This document shows, one piece after another, positions 60,415 through 61,417 of a stretch of DNA of 61,417 bases. Source of the DNA: Bacteroidota bacterium (lineage in GTDB: Bacteria > Bacteroidota > Bacteroidia > Flavobacteriales > Schleiferiaceae); the NCBI GenBank assembly GCA_003045825.1, contig PZPA01000001.1, positions 1 through 61,417 on the forward strand, in the 5' to 3' direction. Both the position numbers and the translations under genes were made by a program. The notes beneath the pieces are model-generated. The model did not search any database. It saw nothing but the letters and a program-made list of their open reading frames with translations, and was not told the origin of the DNA. Each line of letters starts with the position of its first letter. Position 1 is the first letter of the stretch.

Positions 60415-61417
60415 TGAAAAAGGCCATACTATTTTGTGTGGCTCTTTTTTTCTCTACCCTTCACTCAGGGTGGAGTCAAACGAAGGTTCAAATCATTCGA
60501 AGCGACACGACCGACTTTGTCAAAGGCAATGACGGTGGTCAAACCTATTACCTCAAAGGGAACGTAACGCTTCAGCAGGATGTAGCGTTGATGTACTGCG
60601 ATTCTGCAGTACTGTATCGTCCTCAGAATACTTTTGAAGCCTACGGCAACATTCGAGTGCGTCAAGCGGATACAGTGCTTATTACTGGAGAACGATTAAC
60701 GTATCTAGGAGATCAGAGAACATTCACCATCTCTGAACAAGTGGTCCTTAAAACCCCCTCTTCACGTTTAGCGACCTCGGTCTTGAAGTATGATAGAAAT
60801 ACATCAACGGCGTACTACCTGACTAGATCAACATTGGAGCGAAAAGATTTACGTATTACATCCGATCTTGGCCAATACAATACTGAATACGAGCTGGTCC
60901 GTTTAAGGGGGAACGTTGTAGCTATTGACTCAGCCTTTGAAATGACTACAGATACCCTCCTCTACTATCCTAACAAGAATAAATATACTTTCGCCGGTCC
61001 CACGCAGTTCATCAAGGATAGTACTTTGTTGTTTTGTTCTAAGGGCACGTATTCAGCGGATGTGAACTTACTGGAGTTGTTTGGTGGCGCTCAGATGTTA
61101 GCGCCAAAACGTTATATAGCAGCGGACAGCCTTTATTACTCACTGAATTCAGAAGATGGCACCTTACATGGAAACGCTACGGTCGCAGATTCTTCCGAAG
61201 GATTCGTTTTGCGAAGCGATTTTATTGATTACAAGAAAAGTCCAGTTTTTGTAGATGCTTTTTCTCCAGTCTTTTATGAGCAAAGTATGGAGGAAGACAC
61301 TATTTACGCAAAGGGAGATACCCTGGTCATACGCTCGTCCTTAGACACAAGCAAAACAGTGCCTTTGTTTGGTCAAACTTCCTTTTTTAGCGAAGATTTT
61401 CAAGGCATCAGTCCACA
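60414..61417 (+). CDS. OstA/LptD-N-like periplasmic protein, 5' partial (open to the window end)
   Basis: My own translation from the ATG at 60414 (TAATG overlap with purA) gives MKKAILFCVALFFSTLHSGWSQTKVQIIRSD...YLKGNVTLQQD...AYGNIRVRQAD.... It has no stop codon to position 61417. Repeated beta-jellyroll OstA-like segments are present. It is absent from the ORF track because it is unterminated. Confidence 0.6.
   Translation, partial: MKKAILFCVALFFSTLHSGWSQTKVQIIRSDTTDFVKGNDGGQTYYLKGNVTLQQDVALMYCDSAVLYRPQNTFEAYGNIRVRQADTVLITGERLTYLGDQRTFTISEQVVLKTPSSRLATSVLKYDRNTSTAYYLTRSTLERKDLRITSDLGQYNTEYELVRLRGNVVAIDSAFEMTTDTLLYYPNKNKYTFAGPTQFIKDSTLLFCSKGTYSADVNLLELFGGAQMLAPKRYIAADSLYYSLNSEDGTLHGNATVADSSEGFVLRSDFIDYKKSPVFVDAFSPVFYEQSMEEDTIYAKGDTLVIRSSLDTSKTVPLFGQTSFFSEDFQGISP

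Overview
This window looks like core chromosome from a Bacteroidota genome, probably Flavobacteriia-like. That placement is inferred from gene content, synteny and T9SS/BamD-type proteins. It holds about 60 tightly packed protein-coding genes, many with 1-4 nt start/stop overlaps. I found no rRNA, tRNA, CRISPR array, transposase, integrase or recognisable defence island. Clearly recognisable housekeeping genes are gyrA, clpC, dnaA, ligA, recN, relA/spoT, purA, fur, prfC, fabI, coaBC, rpoZ, bamD, dapA, ribD, prmC, folE and ssb-like. Three gene neighbourhoods go beyond housekeeping. (1) 5905-11892 is an SOS mutagenesis cassette: an XRE-HTH/S24 non-canonical LexA-like repressor, a catalytically intact DinB, an SRAP (YedK-like) protein and DnaE2. 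(2) 20151-26760 is an eight-gene, translationally coupled envelope operon. It encodes a DUF456 protein, an unusually compact ABC ATPase, a MacB/FtsX-type permease, two tandem secreted paralogs sharing an SSCFFCG motif, an anchored alpha/beta hydrolase, a BatA_N-type membrane protein and a dihydroorotase-like protein with degenerate metal ligands. This is my best candidate for an uncharacterised system. (3) 29042-35794 is a probable light-response module. A CarH/LitR-type B12 photoreceptor regulator (Wx9EH and ExHxxG motifs present) sits upstream of a seven-gene operon: ECF sigma, crtI, crtB, idi, PTPS, folE and photolyase. A near-identical 16-mer occurs in both promoter regions and is a candidate operator. 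The region upstream of dnaA carries a same-orientation cluster of degenerate DnaA-box-like repeats. All functional calls rest on my reading of motifs in the supplied translations and the DNA. No database search or structure prediction was possible.
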